DNA from: an uncultured Bacteroidales bacterium
GTDB lineage: Bacteria > Bacteroidota > Bacteroidia > Bacteroidales > UBA12077
Assembly (NCBI GenBank): GCA_964399175.1
Contig: CAYNPZ010000002.1
Span: 1-51,965 of the forward strand
Direction: 5' to 3'
Length of the DNA stretch: 51,965 nucleotides
Shown here in pieces: positions 36,666 through 46,184 of this stretch (its first letter is position 1; each line of letters starts with the position of its first letter). The position numbers and the translations under genes were made by a program. Under the pieces are notes generated by a model. That model ran no database searches. It saw nothing but the letters and a program-made list of their open reading frames with translations, and was not told the DNA's origin.

Positions 36666-36698
36666 AAAGGCCGCAGATAGTCAATTGCGGCCTTTTTA
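36666..36698 (+). terminator. Rho-independent terminator after hydC
   Basis: AAAGGCCGCA (36666-36675) pairs with TGCGGCCTTT (36686-36695), followed by a T-run. Confidence 0.75.
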
Positions 36699-36905
36699 CA
36701 TGTATTACTATAGCACAAAAGGGTTTATTAAACCAGGTATCCTATATTACTGCCGATCAATAAGGTTTGGGTTATTCAAAAGGACTTGTTTCTGGCGAAT
36801 CAATGGATTTCCTAAGTCGGGTAACCCATTTTCCTGCGGAAATTATGGATGCCTTACGTCAGGTAAACGGAAATTCTATGAAAACTTAAGATAATTTATT
36901 ACAAT

Positions 36906-37142
36906 AATTAGTGTCTGTCCATAAAGTTAAGGAAAAGTGAAAACCTAAAATAACAAATATCAAAAACCAAATATCAAATAATCTACAATTTTCAAATGTC
37001 AAAATTCAAAACATTTAAAATCAACAGCATACTATATTGTTTTGAATTTCTAGTATTGGATTTTAGAATTTATTTGTAATTTGAAATTTGTTATTTGGTG
37101 CTTTATTTACCAGAATTTCTAATTTATAGACGGACTCTAATT
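36906..37142. repeat. 237 bp AT-rich long imperfect inverted repeat (MITE-like or large hairpin element)
   Basis: Three collinear complementary blocks: 36906-36927 with 37121-37142 (18/22), 36948-36964 with 37080-37096 (16/17), and 37002-37013 with 37038-37049 (12/12). An internal direct repeat CAAATATCAAA occurs twice. Confidence 0.6.
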
Positions 37143-37150
37143 AATAATGC

Positions 37151-39349
37151 TTATTCTATAATCAGTTGTTTGGTATAGATATCCTCCCTGGAGCGGAGAC
37201 GGAGAAAATAAACTCCGGCCTGACTTTCCGGGATTGTAACGGTATGGCTTTCGTTAGCTTCCATTTTGTGGATTTTTTCGTTGTAAATCCGTTTCCCTTC
37301 TATTGTGAAGAGCTCCAGGTGAATCTCCCTGTGAATTTTATTTTTAAAGACAATACTGAAACGTCCGGATGCAGGATTGGGGTAAACATGAATGTCTCTC
37401 TTGCCGGTAGAGAATTCATTAGTGCCAACAGTACTTTTAATCTCAAAAGCCACCAGTATGGAGTCGGAATCGGAGCATTGACCGGAGGTTCCGGTTACAG
37501 TAACTTTGAGCGTATCTTCCGTATCTCCGTTATAAGTAACCCAGGCTGTGGCCCCTGAAGTAGAAATCAACCCGCTGTCACCGTTTCCTTCATCGGACCA
37601 TTCGTATTGTTCAGCCTCTCCATGAACCTTTAGTTCTACCGTATCGTCAACTGAAGCCTCTACTGCCAACGAATCAAAAAAGATGTGCAGGTTATCGGCA
37701 ATCAACAGATGATCTACTTTGCTTGTCGAATCTGTTCCATTGGCTCCCTCTACTTTCAGACTGACGGTTTTTGTACCGTGTGTGCTGTAAGTGACATCAT
37801 GGGGACCTGATCCTGTAACTTCTGAGGGTTGCGCCCCTTCACCGAAGTACCAGTGATAGGAATCAATATCTCCTGATGATTTGTCGGTAAAGGAGACCGT
37901 TTCGGATATACAATAAAAATTCTTCTCTGTATCGAAAGAAGCGGTGGGATCCTTTTTTCGGGTGTAAGCCCTGATACAAAGATCATATGGGTTATCAACA
38001 TCGGCTCCCAGAGCGGTCCATTGATCCCCGTCCGCACTGAACCAATTGGTGCCCGAATCTTCAATTTTCGGATCGGCATAGCCTGAAATGCTGGTTTCTA
38101 CAGGAAGCGGGTATTCATACCCTTTCATATCGTATTTTACCTTCACATAGAAATCACCTGTAATATCGGCTTGAACATCAAAAGTGTAATACCCCGGATA
38201 GAGTACCTGCCGGTCAGTAATGGACTCTATGGGATTTACCGGCTGGCCGTTGCTGAAATCATCATAAATGGTAATATCGATGCTGCTCCCGTAATTATTT
38301 ACGTATGTTCCGACCTTTTTGACAGTTTCATCCGGTTGCGCCTCGAACCGGGTCAAACCGTAAAGCAGATCGCGGTCGCCATAACTTAAAGAGGTTACCA
38401 TGCCCAATTTATCGTAATAATGCAAAGAATCGATATCGGAATTGTCCCACTTGATGGGATAAAAACCATTATCTGTTAGGACTTCGCTGTCTTTGTAGGC
38501 CAGATAAAAATATCCGTTTTCGCCCCAGTCTTTCCCCCAGCTATTCTTTATAATCCAGGCACCTTGGGTGTCCGGTGCTCCCTCAATGTCTTCAACTACT
38601 TTGTTGTCATCCCATCCAGCTATAAGAATACCATGATTAGCTGTAGAATCACCGTCGTAATACCAGGTATGATCATTAAAGTTATAATATTCCAATTGTT
38701 CTCCTGCATACATCGAAGTGGCCACAGCTCCGTAGTTTTGGATGATCCGTTTGACCTCATCAATGTCTTTTGGCAAGTAACGGGCTTCGGGCACCAATGC
38801 AAGGGGTTCTTCCCGAACCGTGCACTTTGAGCTATCAGCCAGCTCATCGTATGGATCAAGCTTTTCATCTATCGGTCCGGCAAAACGGTTCAAATAGGCG
38901 GTGGCCATGTACACATTGCCCCCGTCTGAAGGTCCCCATTCATAACCGCTGCAGGTAACCATGTTTTTTTCAGAAAGATCGTAAGAGGTATCTTCCAGCA
39001 TTTTCCATCTCGATTCAATGGCGCCAAGGGAGCTGAAAGCCCAGCAGGTACCAAAATTACCCTGATCTTTAACTTCTGTAACATAACCTTCATTCCTCAG
39101 ATCATACGAGCTGGGTAGTTGCTGACTGGCTTTCAGGGTTGCGTCCTTTTTCTGAAAATTTTGAAAACTGACTTTATAAGGAGGCGGAACGTAGCCGTTT
39201 TTCTTAGTTTCCGGCCGGGCCTTTAGTTTCAATGATTCCCGGTATTCCTTAAAATCAGGGTTTAGGGGAGCCTGTTCAAGCTGCTCCTGGCCAAGACCCG
39301 TTGTATGGATCACAACCGCAGCAATAAGAAAGAGGTAAAGGTTTTTCAT
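37151..39349 (-). CDS. Secreted papain-family (C1) cysteine peptidase with PKD-like domain and T9SS C-terminal sorting domain
   Basis: Signal peptide present. Catalytic Cys motif QGNFGTCWAFSSLGAIE, NHGILIAGWDD and NSWGKDWGENGY. PKD-like block VSFTDKS...YHWYFGEG. C-terminus VYPNPASGRFSIVF...GVYFLRLRS is typical of T9SS cargo. Confidence 0.88.
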   Translation of the reverse strand: MKNLYLFLIAAVVIHTTGLGQEQLEQAPLNPDFKEYRESLKLKARPETKKNGYVPPPYKVSFQNFQKKDATLKASQQLPSSYDLRNEGYVTEVKDQGNFGTCWAFSSLGAIESRWKMLEDTSYDLSEKNMVTCSGYEWGPSDGGNVYMATAYLNRFAGPIDEKLDPYDELADSSKCTVREEPLALVPEARYLPKDIDEVKRIIQNYGAVATSMYAGEQLEYYNFNDHTWYYDGDSTANHGILIAGWDDNKVVEDIEGAPDTQGAWIIKNSWGKDWGENGYFYLAYKDSEVLTDNGFYPIKWDNSDIDSLHYYDKLGMVTSLSYGDRDLLYGLTRFEAQPDETVKKVGTYVNNYGSSIDITIYDDFSNGQPVNPIESITDRQVLYPGYYTFDVQADITGDFYVKVKYDMKGYEYPLPVETSISGYADPKIEDSGTNWFSADGDQWTALGADVDNPYDLCIRAYTRKKDPTASFDTEKNFYCISETVSFTDKSSGDIDSYHWYFGEGAQPSEVTGSGPHDVTYSTHGTKTVSLKVEGANGTDSTSKVDHLLIADNLHIFFDSLAVEASVDDTVELKVHGEAEQYEWSDEGNGDSGLISTSGATAWVTYNGDTEDTLKVTVTGTSGQCSDSDSILVAFEIKSTVGTNEFSTGKRDIHVYPNPASGRFSIVFKNKIHREIHLELFTIEGKRIYNEKIHKMEANESHTVTIPESQAGVYFLRLRSREDIYTKQLIIE

Positions 39350-39449
39350 AACAGGAGGTTTTATATAATTGTATCAGATCATTTCATTTTGAAGCCAATT
39401 TGTTAATTTTGACTTCCGGCGAAAACAAACGATAAAGAGGGTGCAATAT

Positions 39450-39917
39450 ATGAAAAATACCCATTTTTTAACCGGCATCGGTATATTTTTATTGATTTTA
39501 AATACCTTTGGGAGTTCGGCAATAACGTTTCAAGATCATTTCATTATGGAATCAGATACAACCAAAAAAGGAGGCATTGTTTTTTTCAAAACCAACCGTC
39601 TTGCTACCCTGGAAGATTTCTATATAGAGGAAATAGGCTGTGAACTTTGGCTGGACCAGGGTGCATGTAAAATTTTTCAGCATGGCAACATGCTGTTTGG
39701 CTTTTGTAAAAGCGAGGAAGTGGATCTGGAAGGAACAATCACCTTTTTCTATCCCGACAGGGAGCAGGTGGACCGCATGTATCAAAAACTGGAAGATGTT
39801 GCTCTGAATCCCCCGAAAATAAATGAGAAATTCAATATTTATAATTTTTATGCCCGTGATCCGGAAGGTCATCTTATTGAATTTCAGTCGTTCAATCATG
39901 AATTGAAACCTTATTAA
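39450..39917 (+). CDS. VOC-family (glyoxalase/bleomycin-resistance-like) protein
   Basis: FYARDPEGHLIEFQ C-terminal motif and a beta-alpha-beta-beta-beta-like pattern. The start is uncertain: ATG at 39450 gives a hydrophobic N-terminus, and ATG at 39546 is the alternative. Confidence 0.55.
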   Translation: MKNTHFLTGIGIFLLILNTFGSSAITFQDHFIMESDTTKKGGIVFFKTNRLATLEDFYIEEIGCELWLDQGACKIFQHGNMLFGFCKSEEVDLEGTITFFYPDREQVDRMYQKLEDVALNPPKINEKFNIYNFYARDPEGHLIEFQSFNHELKPY

Positions 39918-40108
39918 TTGCTGCCGGAAGGTTTTTGTTCCGCCAAATTTATCAGCTGATTGAAAAGGAAGCATGGGGTTTATCACTCAATACGGAACAA
40001 ATTAAATCAGGCTAAAAAGCATTCTGAACAAAATTAAACCTGCATGGACTTTTGTTATCAAATCAGTAAATTTTTTACCGAATCGTTGAACCATTAAAAT
40101 AAACAATT

Positions 40109-42208
40109 GTGCGAAAATTAGGAATCTTAATCATTTTAACCGGAATCATTATGGGATCCTGTACAAACAAAAAAGAACAGGGCTCAGAAGGCAATCCCTT
40201 TTTCAGCGAGTATCAAACGCAGTATAAGGTGCCGCCTTTTGATGAAATTAAACCGAAACATTACAAGGCTGCCTTTGAAAGGGCAATGGAAAGGCATAAG
40301 GAAGAAATTCAGGAAATAACCGCTAATTCAGAAGAACACACTTTTGAAAATACCATTGAGCCAATGGTTCATAGTGGTAAATTACTGGAAAAAGTTTCCT
40401 ATGTGTTTTATGGCTTGAACAGTGCCAATACGAGCGATACCCTTCAGGAAATAGCCAGGGAGGTTTCTCCGAAACTGTCTTCTCACAGGGATGAGATCAT
40501 GCTTGATGCTGAGCTATTCCAAAGGGTTCAAGACGTTTATGACAAAAAAGATCAACGGAATTTTAGTCAGGAACAATCTTATTTACTTGAGAACCTGTAT
40601 AGGGATTTTGTCAGGAGTGGCGCCAATCTGCCGGAAGAAGAAAAGAAACAACTGAAGGAAATCAATAAAGAACTTTCATCGCTTACACTCGAATTTGAAC
40701 AAAATGAACTGAAAGAGACCAACAATTTCGAGCTGGTGATTGAAGATGAGGAAAACCTTGCCGGTCTACCGGAATCGGTTATCCAAACTGCAGCCGAAAC
40801 CGCCGCTGAGGAAGGCCATGAGGGTAAATGGGTTTTTACCACCCACAAACCCAGTATGCTTCCCTTTCTTACCTATGCAGAAAACCGGGATCTTAGGGAG
40901 AAGTTGTATAAAGCCTATTTAAACAGGTGTAACAACGACAATGAATATGATAACAAGGAAATTCTCTCCAAAATTGTAAAACTCCGTGTAAAGAAAGCCC
41001 ATTTGCTGGGATACGACACTTATGCCGATTACCGGCTTGAAACCCGAATGGCGAAGAACCCGCAAAACGTGATGGATCTTTTGAATCAGCTTTGGGATGC
41101 CGCTCTGCCCGTGTCTAAAAAGGAAAGAGAGCAGATGCAGGAAATCATCAGGGAAGAAGGTCATGATTTTAAGTTGAAAAGCTGGGACTGGTGGTATTAT
41201 GCCGAAAAACTGCGCAAACGAAAATACAATCTCGATGATAGTGAACTGAGACCGTACTTTAAGCTTGATAATGTTCGCCAGGGAGCATTTAATGTGGCCA
41301 ACCGCCTGTTTGGCATAACTTTTAAGGAACTGAAGGATGTTCCCAAACCCCACCCCGATGCCCGGGCCTGGGAAGTTAAGGAATCCGATGGTTCCCATCT
41401 GGGCGTGCTGTATATGGATTTTCATCCCCGTGAAAGTAAGAATGGTGGTGCCTGGTGTGGAAGTTACCGGAGGCATTATGAAACCAGGGACGAAAAGGAA
41501 ATTCACCCAATTAAGACCATTGTGACCAACTTTACAACACCAACAGAGAACAAACCGGCGCTCCTGAGCCTGGACGAAGTGGAAACCCTGTTCCATGAAT
41601 TTGGCCATGCCCTTGACGGATTGTTTGCAGAAAATGCTTACCCGGAAACATTTGTAGCCAGGGATTTTGTTGAATTGCCTTCACAGATTATGGAGCACTG
41701 GGCAACCCACCCCAAAGTATTTAAATCCTATGCAAAGCACTATGAAACCGGTGAAACCATTCCCGGTGAGCTGATTGATAAAATTGAGAAAAGCCAGTAT
41801 TTCAATCAGGGTTTTGCCAATGTAGAATATCTTGCTGCATCCATGCTTGACATGGCATATCACACGCTTTCCGAGCCCAGAGACCTGCAGGTAATGAAGT
41901 TCGAGGAGCGTTACCTTGATTCCATTGGCTTAATAGAGGAGATTGAGCCTCGTTATCACAGCACTTATTTCAGTCACATTACAGGTGGCTATGATGCCGG
42001 TTATTACAGTTATATATGGTCGGCCGTGCTGGATAATGACGCATTTGAGGCTTTTGAGAAAAATGGCATTTATGATCAGGAAACAGCGCAAGCTTTCCGT
42101 AGGTTGCTGGCTAAAAACGGAACCGCAGATCCCATGGAATTGTTTGTGGAATTCCGCGGTCGGGAACCAAAAATAGACGCTCTGCTTAGAAACAGAGGAC
42201 TAAAATAA
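40109..42208 (+). CDS. dcp: M3-family peptidyl-dipeptidase (Dcp-like) lipoprotein
   Basis: HEFGHAL zincin motif with a downstream E. Length is 699 aa. Lipobox IIMGSC. GTG start. Confidence 0.88.
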   Translation: MRKLGILIILTGIIMGSCTNKKEQGSEGNPFFSEYQTQYKVPPFDEIKPKHYKAAFERAMERHKEEIQEITANSEEHTFENTIEPMVHSGKLLEKVSYVFYGLNSANTSDTLQEIAREVSPKLSSHRDEIMLDAELFQRVQDVYDKKDQRNFSQEQSYLLENLYRDFVRSGANLPEEEKKQLKEINKELSSLTLEFEQNELKETNNFELVIEDEENLAGLPESVIQTAAETAAEEGHEGKWVFTTHKPSMLPFLTYAENRDLREKLYKAYLNRCNNDNEYDNKEILSKIVKLRVKKAHLLGYDTYADYRLETRMAKNPQNVMDLLNQLWDAALPVSKKEREQMQEIIREEGHDFKLKSWDWWYYAEKLRKRKYNLDDSELRPYFKLDNVRQGAFNVANRLFGITFKELKDVPKPHPDARAWEVKESDGSHLGVLYMDFHPRESKNGGAWCGSYRRHYETRDEKEIHPIKTIVTNFTTPTENKPALLSLDEVETLFHEFGHALDGLFAENAYPETFVARDFVELPSQIMEHWATHPKVFKSYAKHYETGETIPGELIDKIEKSQYFNQGFANVEYLAASMLDMAYHTLSEPRDLQVMKFEERYLDSIGLIEEIEPRYHSTYFSHITGGYDAGYYSYIWSAVLDNDAFEAFEKNGIYDQETAQAFRRLLAKNGTADPMELFVEFRGREPKIDALLRNRGLK

Positions 42209-42328
42209 TATACTGCTTTATCGGTCTGACCCCTTGAAGCAATAGATTTAGTTGAATAATAGAGGTACAAATGGGAAGAGCTTGCATTTGTCCATGATTT
42301 TGCTCCCGAGAGCAAGGATACTCTTACC

Positions 42329-43270
42329 ATGCAACTTATCGATACTTCCCAGTCTCCCGATTATGAGGCCAGAACCAATATACGCTTTGTAACCCTGGAA
42401 GAACCGGGGAAAGAGATTCAGGAAGCTGAACGGCTGGAATATGAACAAACAGGTGAACGGGAAGACGTTTATCAGATGGAAGGTCCGGCCTGGGAAAACG
42501 ACAGGATAGGCTTCCGCAATTATTTCGATCCCCGGAATACCATCGATGTATTTGGAAAAACCACAGGTGAAATGGCCCTGGATGATGCAGGCATCAGAGG
42601 TCAGGATTACAGCAAGATGGATGACTGGGGCATGGACATACTGGAAACCGGTCGTTCCTTAGGCGCGGGCGCTATTGGCTTGAAGATCAGAGATTCGTTG
42701 GTACGTATAGGACCTGAAGCCCAGGGAAGCTTTACCCGCGTATTTGAAGGTCCCGTTCGTTCCAGGTTCCGTCTGACCTATGAAGCTATTGTGGTTTACG
42801 GCAATACTTACAAAGTAACTCATGATATTACCATATGGCCTGGAACTTATGGCTATAAAGGAGAAGTGAATGTACAAAGATCTGAAGAAGCGGATTATCC
42901 CGAACAGTTAATTATCGGCCTTGTAAACAAAGAGGTCGATTCACTGACCATCAGAGAACCCAATGATCAATATCTTGCATTGATCACCCATAACAAGCAG
43001 GCAGTAGAAGGAGGATATCTCGGTCTGGGCTTGTTACTGGAACAGGATAATTTCATTGCTTCCGGAACAGCTCCCATTTCTGCCGAAAAGACCACAGGCA
43101 TTGTGGAGACCTATTATTCTATTATGGATCTGTCTGAGCAGACAATAACCTATCACATGTATGCCGGATGGGAGAAATCGGCTCAGAAATTTGCCGAAGA
43201 TGAGGAGTTTGTCAAATATGTGGAGCGACAGGCAGAAAAATTCACAAACCCTGCCCGGGTAGTAAAGTAA
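42329..43270 (+). CDS. DUF4861-like protein, apparently 5'-truncated (no signal peptide)
   Basis: EGPAWENDRIGFRNYFDPRN...DWGMDILETGRSLGAGAIG resembles DUF4861. The frame is open and protein-like for 22 codons upstream of the ATG with no start codon, back to TAA TAG at about 42256-42261. Confidence 0.45.
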   Translation: MQLIDTSQSPDYEARTNIRFVTLEEPGKEIQEAERLEYEQTGEREDVYQMEGPAWENDRIGFRNYFDPRNTIDVFGKTTGEMALDDAGIRGQDYSKMDDWGMDILETGRSLGAGAIGLKIRDSLVRIGPEAQGSFTRVFEGPVRSRFRLTYEAIVVYGNTYKVTHDITIWPGTYGYKGEVNVQRSEEADYPEQLIIGLVNKEVDSLTIREPNDQYLALITHNKQAVEGGYLGLGLLLEQDNFIASGTAPISAEKTTGIVETYYSIMDLSEQTITYHMYAGWEKSAQKFAEDEEFVKYVERQAEKFTNPARVVK

Positions 43271-43435
43271 ATATCTGATTTTGACAAAATTTGATTGGTA
43301 CGCAGGTACCCAAAAGGAAAATGAATAAAATCGGGGAAAATGGGCATCTTTTTGGGTACCTGCATTCTTTAGCTTATCCATGAAGTATAGTTAATGTTTC
43401 GGACTTTTCTGTTCTTACCCTGGAAAAACAGTCCC

Positions 43436-44005
43436 TCATCCAAAATATATATCGCTTATAATGCTTTTTAAAATATCCCCCTCAAAGTAGAATATGAACC
43501 GCAAGGTTCCGTCTGAATTGGCTAACTGTACAATGTCGCCGAAAGGCTTGCTGATCCCGAAAACGGACCGGAAAGTTTTCCTGGTCATACCCGGACGGAT
43601 GCAAGAATCCAATACCAGTTCAGAAGAGGTTAGGTGAAGATATATCATAAAATTTTTTTTCCGGCTGCTGTAGAATGTTATGGTGTCCCGGCTACCTGAG
43701 AAGCGATAAATGGTATCTATGACCGTTGTGTCGTGAATGTTGCGAAATGGTTCCTTTTTTAAGGGTACCAACTCTGAATGATTCTCCTGTAGAGATTCAA
43801 TGGTAAAAGATTCAACGGCCCTGTTGGTGAAGCTGTCAGTGATAAAAGTAGGAATGCCTTTTCTGGACATTTCAGCATAGCGGGTTGCTATTTTCATTGT
43901 GTCACACGCCTTGCTTATGCTTTCGGTGGTGTTTTTCTTTGTGTGACAACCCCAGGCTGCAATCATTAAAAGAAGTAAGATGTGTGGAATCAGGTTTTTT
44001 TTCAT
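43436..44005 (-). CDS. Hypothetical lipoprotein
   Basis: Signal peptide plus lipobox (LLLLMIAAWGC). No recognisable family. Confidence 0.5.
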   Translation of the reverse strand: MKKNLIPHILLLLMIAAWGCHTKKNTTESISKACDTMKIATRYAEMSRKGIPTFITDSFTNRAVESFTIESLQENHSELVPLKKEPFRNIHDTTVIDTIYRFSGSRDTITFYSSRKKNFMIYLHLTSSELVLDSCIRPGMTRKTFRSVFGISKPFGDIVQLANSDGTLRFIFYFEGDILKSIISDIYFG

Positions 44006-44127
44006 ATTCTTTGGTTTTATATATAGATTGTCAATGATCCAAGGCGAATACTGGTTTATTTCTTTTCTTTATAAAACCAAAATTAGTGAATAAAAACAAC
44101 AATTTTCACGCCCAATGGTTGCAGATT

Positions 44128-45543
44128 TTACCTGTGATTGGGGGGATAAGTGATTGCCGTATGTTCTGAGGCAAAATAGATTTTGTTCTTTTGGCCTTCA
44201 AATTTATAGGTATCTACCTTTGTATTATTTCGGGCATAGGCTTTTACTTCAAGAATATTTTCTCCCTTTTCAAGGGGTATTCTTGTATAATGAATGGCAT
44301 AGGGCAGTGTTTGCCAGTTTCTGGTATCCGCTTGTTCTGTAAGTGTGTTGACAATATTTACAATGGTACCCAGGTTCTTATCTTCTTCGTCAGCTAATGC
44401 TTCCAGGGCCTTTTTTGTAGCAAGGCGAAGTATGGCATTTCCCAGTTCCCGAAGCATTCTGTCATGTAAGGTTTTGAAGGCGATTTCATTAATGTCCTGA
44501 GCCATTTCAAAGGAATGTTTCTTATTCTGATCAAAAACTGCAGCATTGCGGTAGACCGGTTTTCTTTCCACATATTTGGGAAAGGAGACTTTGAAAAAAC
44601 GCAATTCGGAAAAGGCTTCCTTTTCCTTCTTGCTTTTATTACCTATATAAATGGGAAAAGATACATCCAGTTCCCTGCTCCGCATGACCACATAATTCTC
44701 CCTGGGGCTGGGAACCTTTGTAAAGTGTATATTCCATTCATCTTTTACCGGACCAAAACCATTCAGCCAGAAAAATATTACATCTCCGTGTTTCCGGGGT
44801 GTATATTCAAAATTCATGTTGAATTTCTGTTCGTAATGTCTTACTTCATCCTCGAAACCTGTAAGATAAGCAGTCCTTAACACATCTTTTTTGAGCTGTT
44901 CGGGTACCTGCATGTTGAAATATTCGGTGTAATCTTCTTTATAAGCTTCATAAGCATTCCTGTAGGCAATAAAAGCATTGTTGTAATCGCCGGTGGCTTC
45001 ATAGATCATGCCCATAAGATTGTGCGCAAAAGCATCCCGCTGATAACGGTTTTTGTGATCCTGATATTTGTCGTTGAGCTGATTAAGCCGTATATTAATT
45101 CTCCGGCATTCTACAAGTGCATCCTCATAATTCTGAAGCTGTATATAATTCAAAACGGTGAAGTAATGTAACATGACCGCTTCGAAATCTTCTGGTTTGT
45201 ATGGTTTGACTGTAGGATTCGTTACGAGGGAAAGGGCTTCCAGTCCGTAATTTTTTATATAGTCTTCAATAATCCGGTCGGCTTCCTCAAAATGCCGGTT
45301 GCTTTCCTCATATTCATCAAGCATCCACTCCACATAACCGTGGTTGAGGTAGAACAGCAATCTGTTTTTTCCTTCCTTCTCATGTTGGTTGTTCTGTAAC
45401 CACTGATCCGCCTTCCGGAAGTTTCCGTGAGTAATATACTGCTGAAACTTTTGAGTCTGCTGATAATAAGTGGCACACCCCCCTGCAATAAGTCCAAACA
45501 AAAGAAAGAGGAGTATTTGTTTTTTTCGTTGGGTTGTGGGCAT
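44128..45543 (-). CDS. Hypothetical lipoprotein with TPR-like helical N-terminal half, co-transcribed with lpoB-like gene
   Basis: Lipobox LIAGGC. 471 aa. Starts 21 nt downstream of the LpoB-like gene. Confidence 0.55.
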   Translation of the reverse strand: MPTTQRKKQILLFLLFGLIAGGCATYYQQTQKFQQYITHGNFRKADQWLQNNQHEKEGKNRLLFYLNHGYVEWMLDEYEESNRHFEEADRIIEDYIKNYGLEALSLVTNPTVKPYKPEDFEAVMLHYFTVLNYIQLQNYEDALVECRRINIRLNQLNDKYQDHKNRYQRDAFAHNLMGMIYEATGDYNNAFIAYRNAYEAYKEDYTEYFNMQVPEQLKKDVLRTAYLTGFEDEVRHYEQKFNMNFEYTPRKHGDVIFFWLNGFGPVKDEWNIHFTKVPSPRENYVVMRSRELDVSFPIYIGNKSKKEKEAFSELRFFKVSFPKYVERKPVYRNAAVFDQNKKHSFEMAQDINEIAFKTLHDRMLRELGNAILRLATKKALEALADEEDKNLGTIVNIVNTLTEQADTRNWQTLPYAIHYTRIPLEKGENILEVKAYARNNTKVDTYKFEGQKNKIYFASEHTAITYPPNHR

Positions 45544-45564
45544 GAAATTCCCTTAAGTATGGAA

Positions 45565-46161
45565 CTAATTACTGATGTATTTTTTTATTTTTTTATCACC
45601 GATCCAAACAATTTCATTGGTTTCCAGATTGGATAATTCAAGGTTTATCTGGTAATAAATCACTTTTTCATTTCTGTAGGAATCCACAATGCTGTTAATG
45701 GTGCCGTGGAGCATAAAGTCGGCTCCAAGTTCTTTCCCCCATTCTTTTGCCGTTTCGGAAGAAGCAAAGTCCTGCTGGTCGGCTCTTTCCGCTCTTAAGT
45801 CTTCCCGTTTGCTGCCGGCCTGAACAAGCCGGGCTGAACCCTCCCTGATAATGGCTTGTTCTATGTCCTTAATGAAGGTTTCAGCATTGATGTGCTCATG
45901 GCTTTTGTTTTTTACCAGCCCAACGATCAGGATGGGACGGGCTCCGTTGTGATTTTGTTTGTAATCATCCAGCCATCTCCCGTTGAGGACCTGGTTTACT
46001 AAGGCTTTTGCCACCATCCGGGAATCCGTATCGTTCCAGCGTCCGCTCAGGTCCACCTGCTGGTCGGTGTCAATTCTTTTCACTTCCCTTTGGGGGCTGC
46101 AGCCACCTATCAATGTTAGAATGGAAGAAACCAGTAAAACAAGGATGAATGATCTTTTCAT
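45565..46161 (-). CDS. lpoB: LpoB-like (COG3417-type) penicillin-binding-protein-activator lipoprotein
   Basis: Lipobox LIGGC. Motifs LSGRWNDTDSRMVA, ILIVG.VKNKS.EHI and DFMLHGTINSI resemble the LpoB/YcfM family. The ATG at 46161 is preferred over 46188. Confidence 0.6.
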   Translation of the reverse strand: MKRSFILVLLVSSILTLIGGCSPQREVKRIDTDQQVDLSGRWNDTDSRMVAKALVNQVLNGRWLDDYKQNHNGARPILIVGLVKNKSHEHINAETFIKDIEQAIIREGSARLVQAGSKREDLRAERADQQDFASSETAKEWGKELGADFMLHGTINSIVDSYRNEKVIYYQINLELSNLETNEIVWIGDKKIKKYISN

Positions 46162-46184
46162 ATATTTAAGGTTTAAAAACTGCT

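Noticed and set aside
36685-36894. 69 aa ORF in the hydC-peptidase intergenic region
   Set aside because: It starts with TTG inside the hydC terminator stem. It has odd composition (Tyr/Phe/Cys/Gly rich) and no promoter or motif, so it is probably non-coding DNA.
36954-36978. Short direct repeats CAAATATCAAA as a possible CRISPR or tandem array
   Set aside because: There are only two 11 nt copies, 3 nt apart, within the larger inverted-repeat element. No spacer/repeat periodicity is present.
40919-41608. 229 aa ORF antisense to dcp, and similarly 35194-35769 and 35373-35843 antisense to hydA
   Set aside because: These are shadow ORFs inside strongly supported genes and have no family features.
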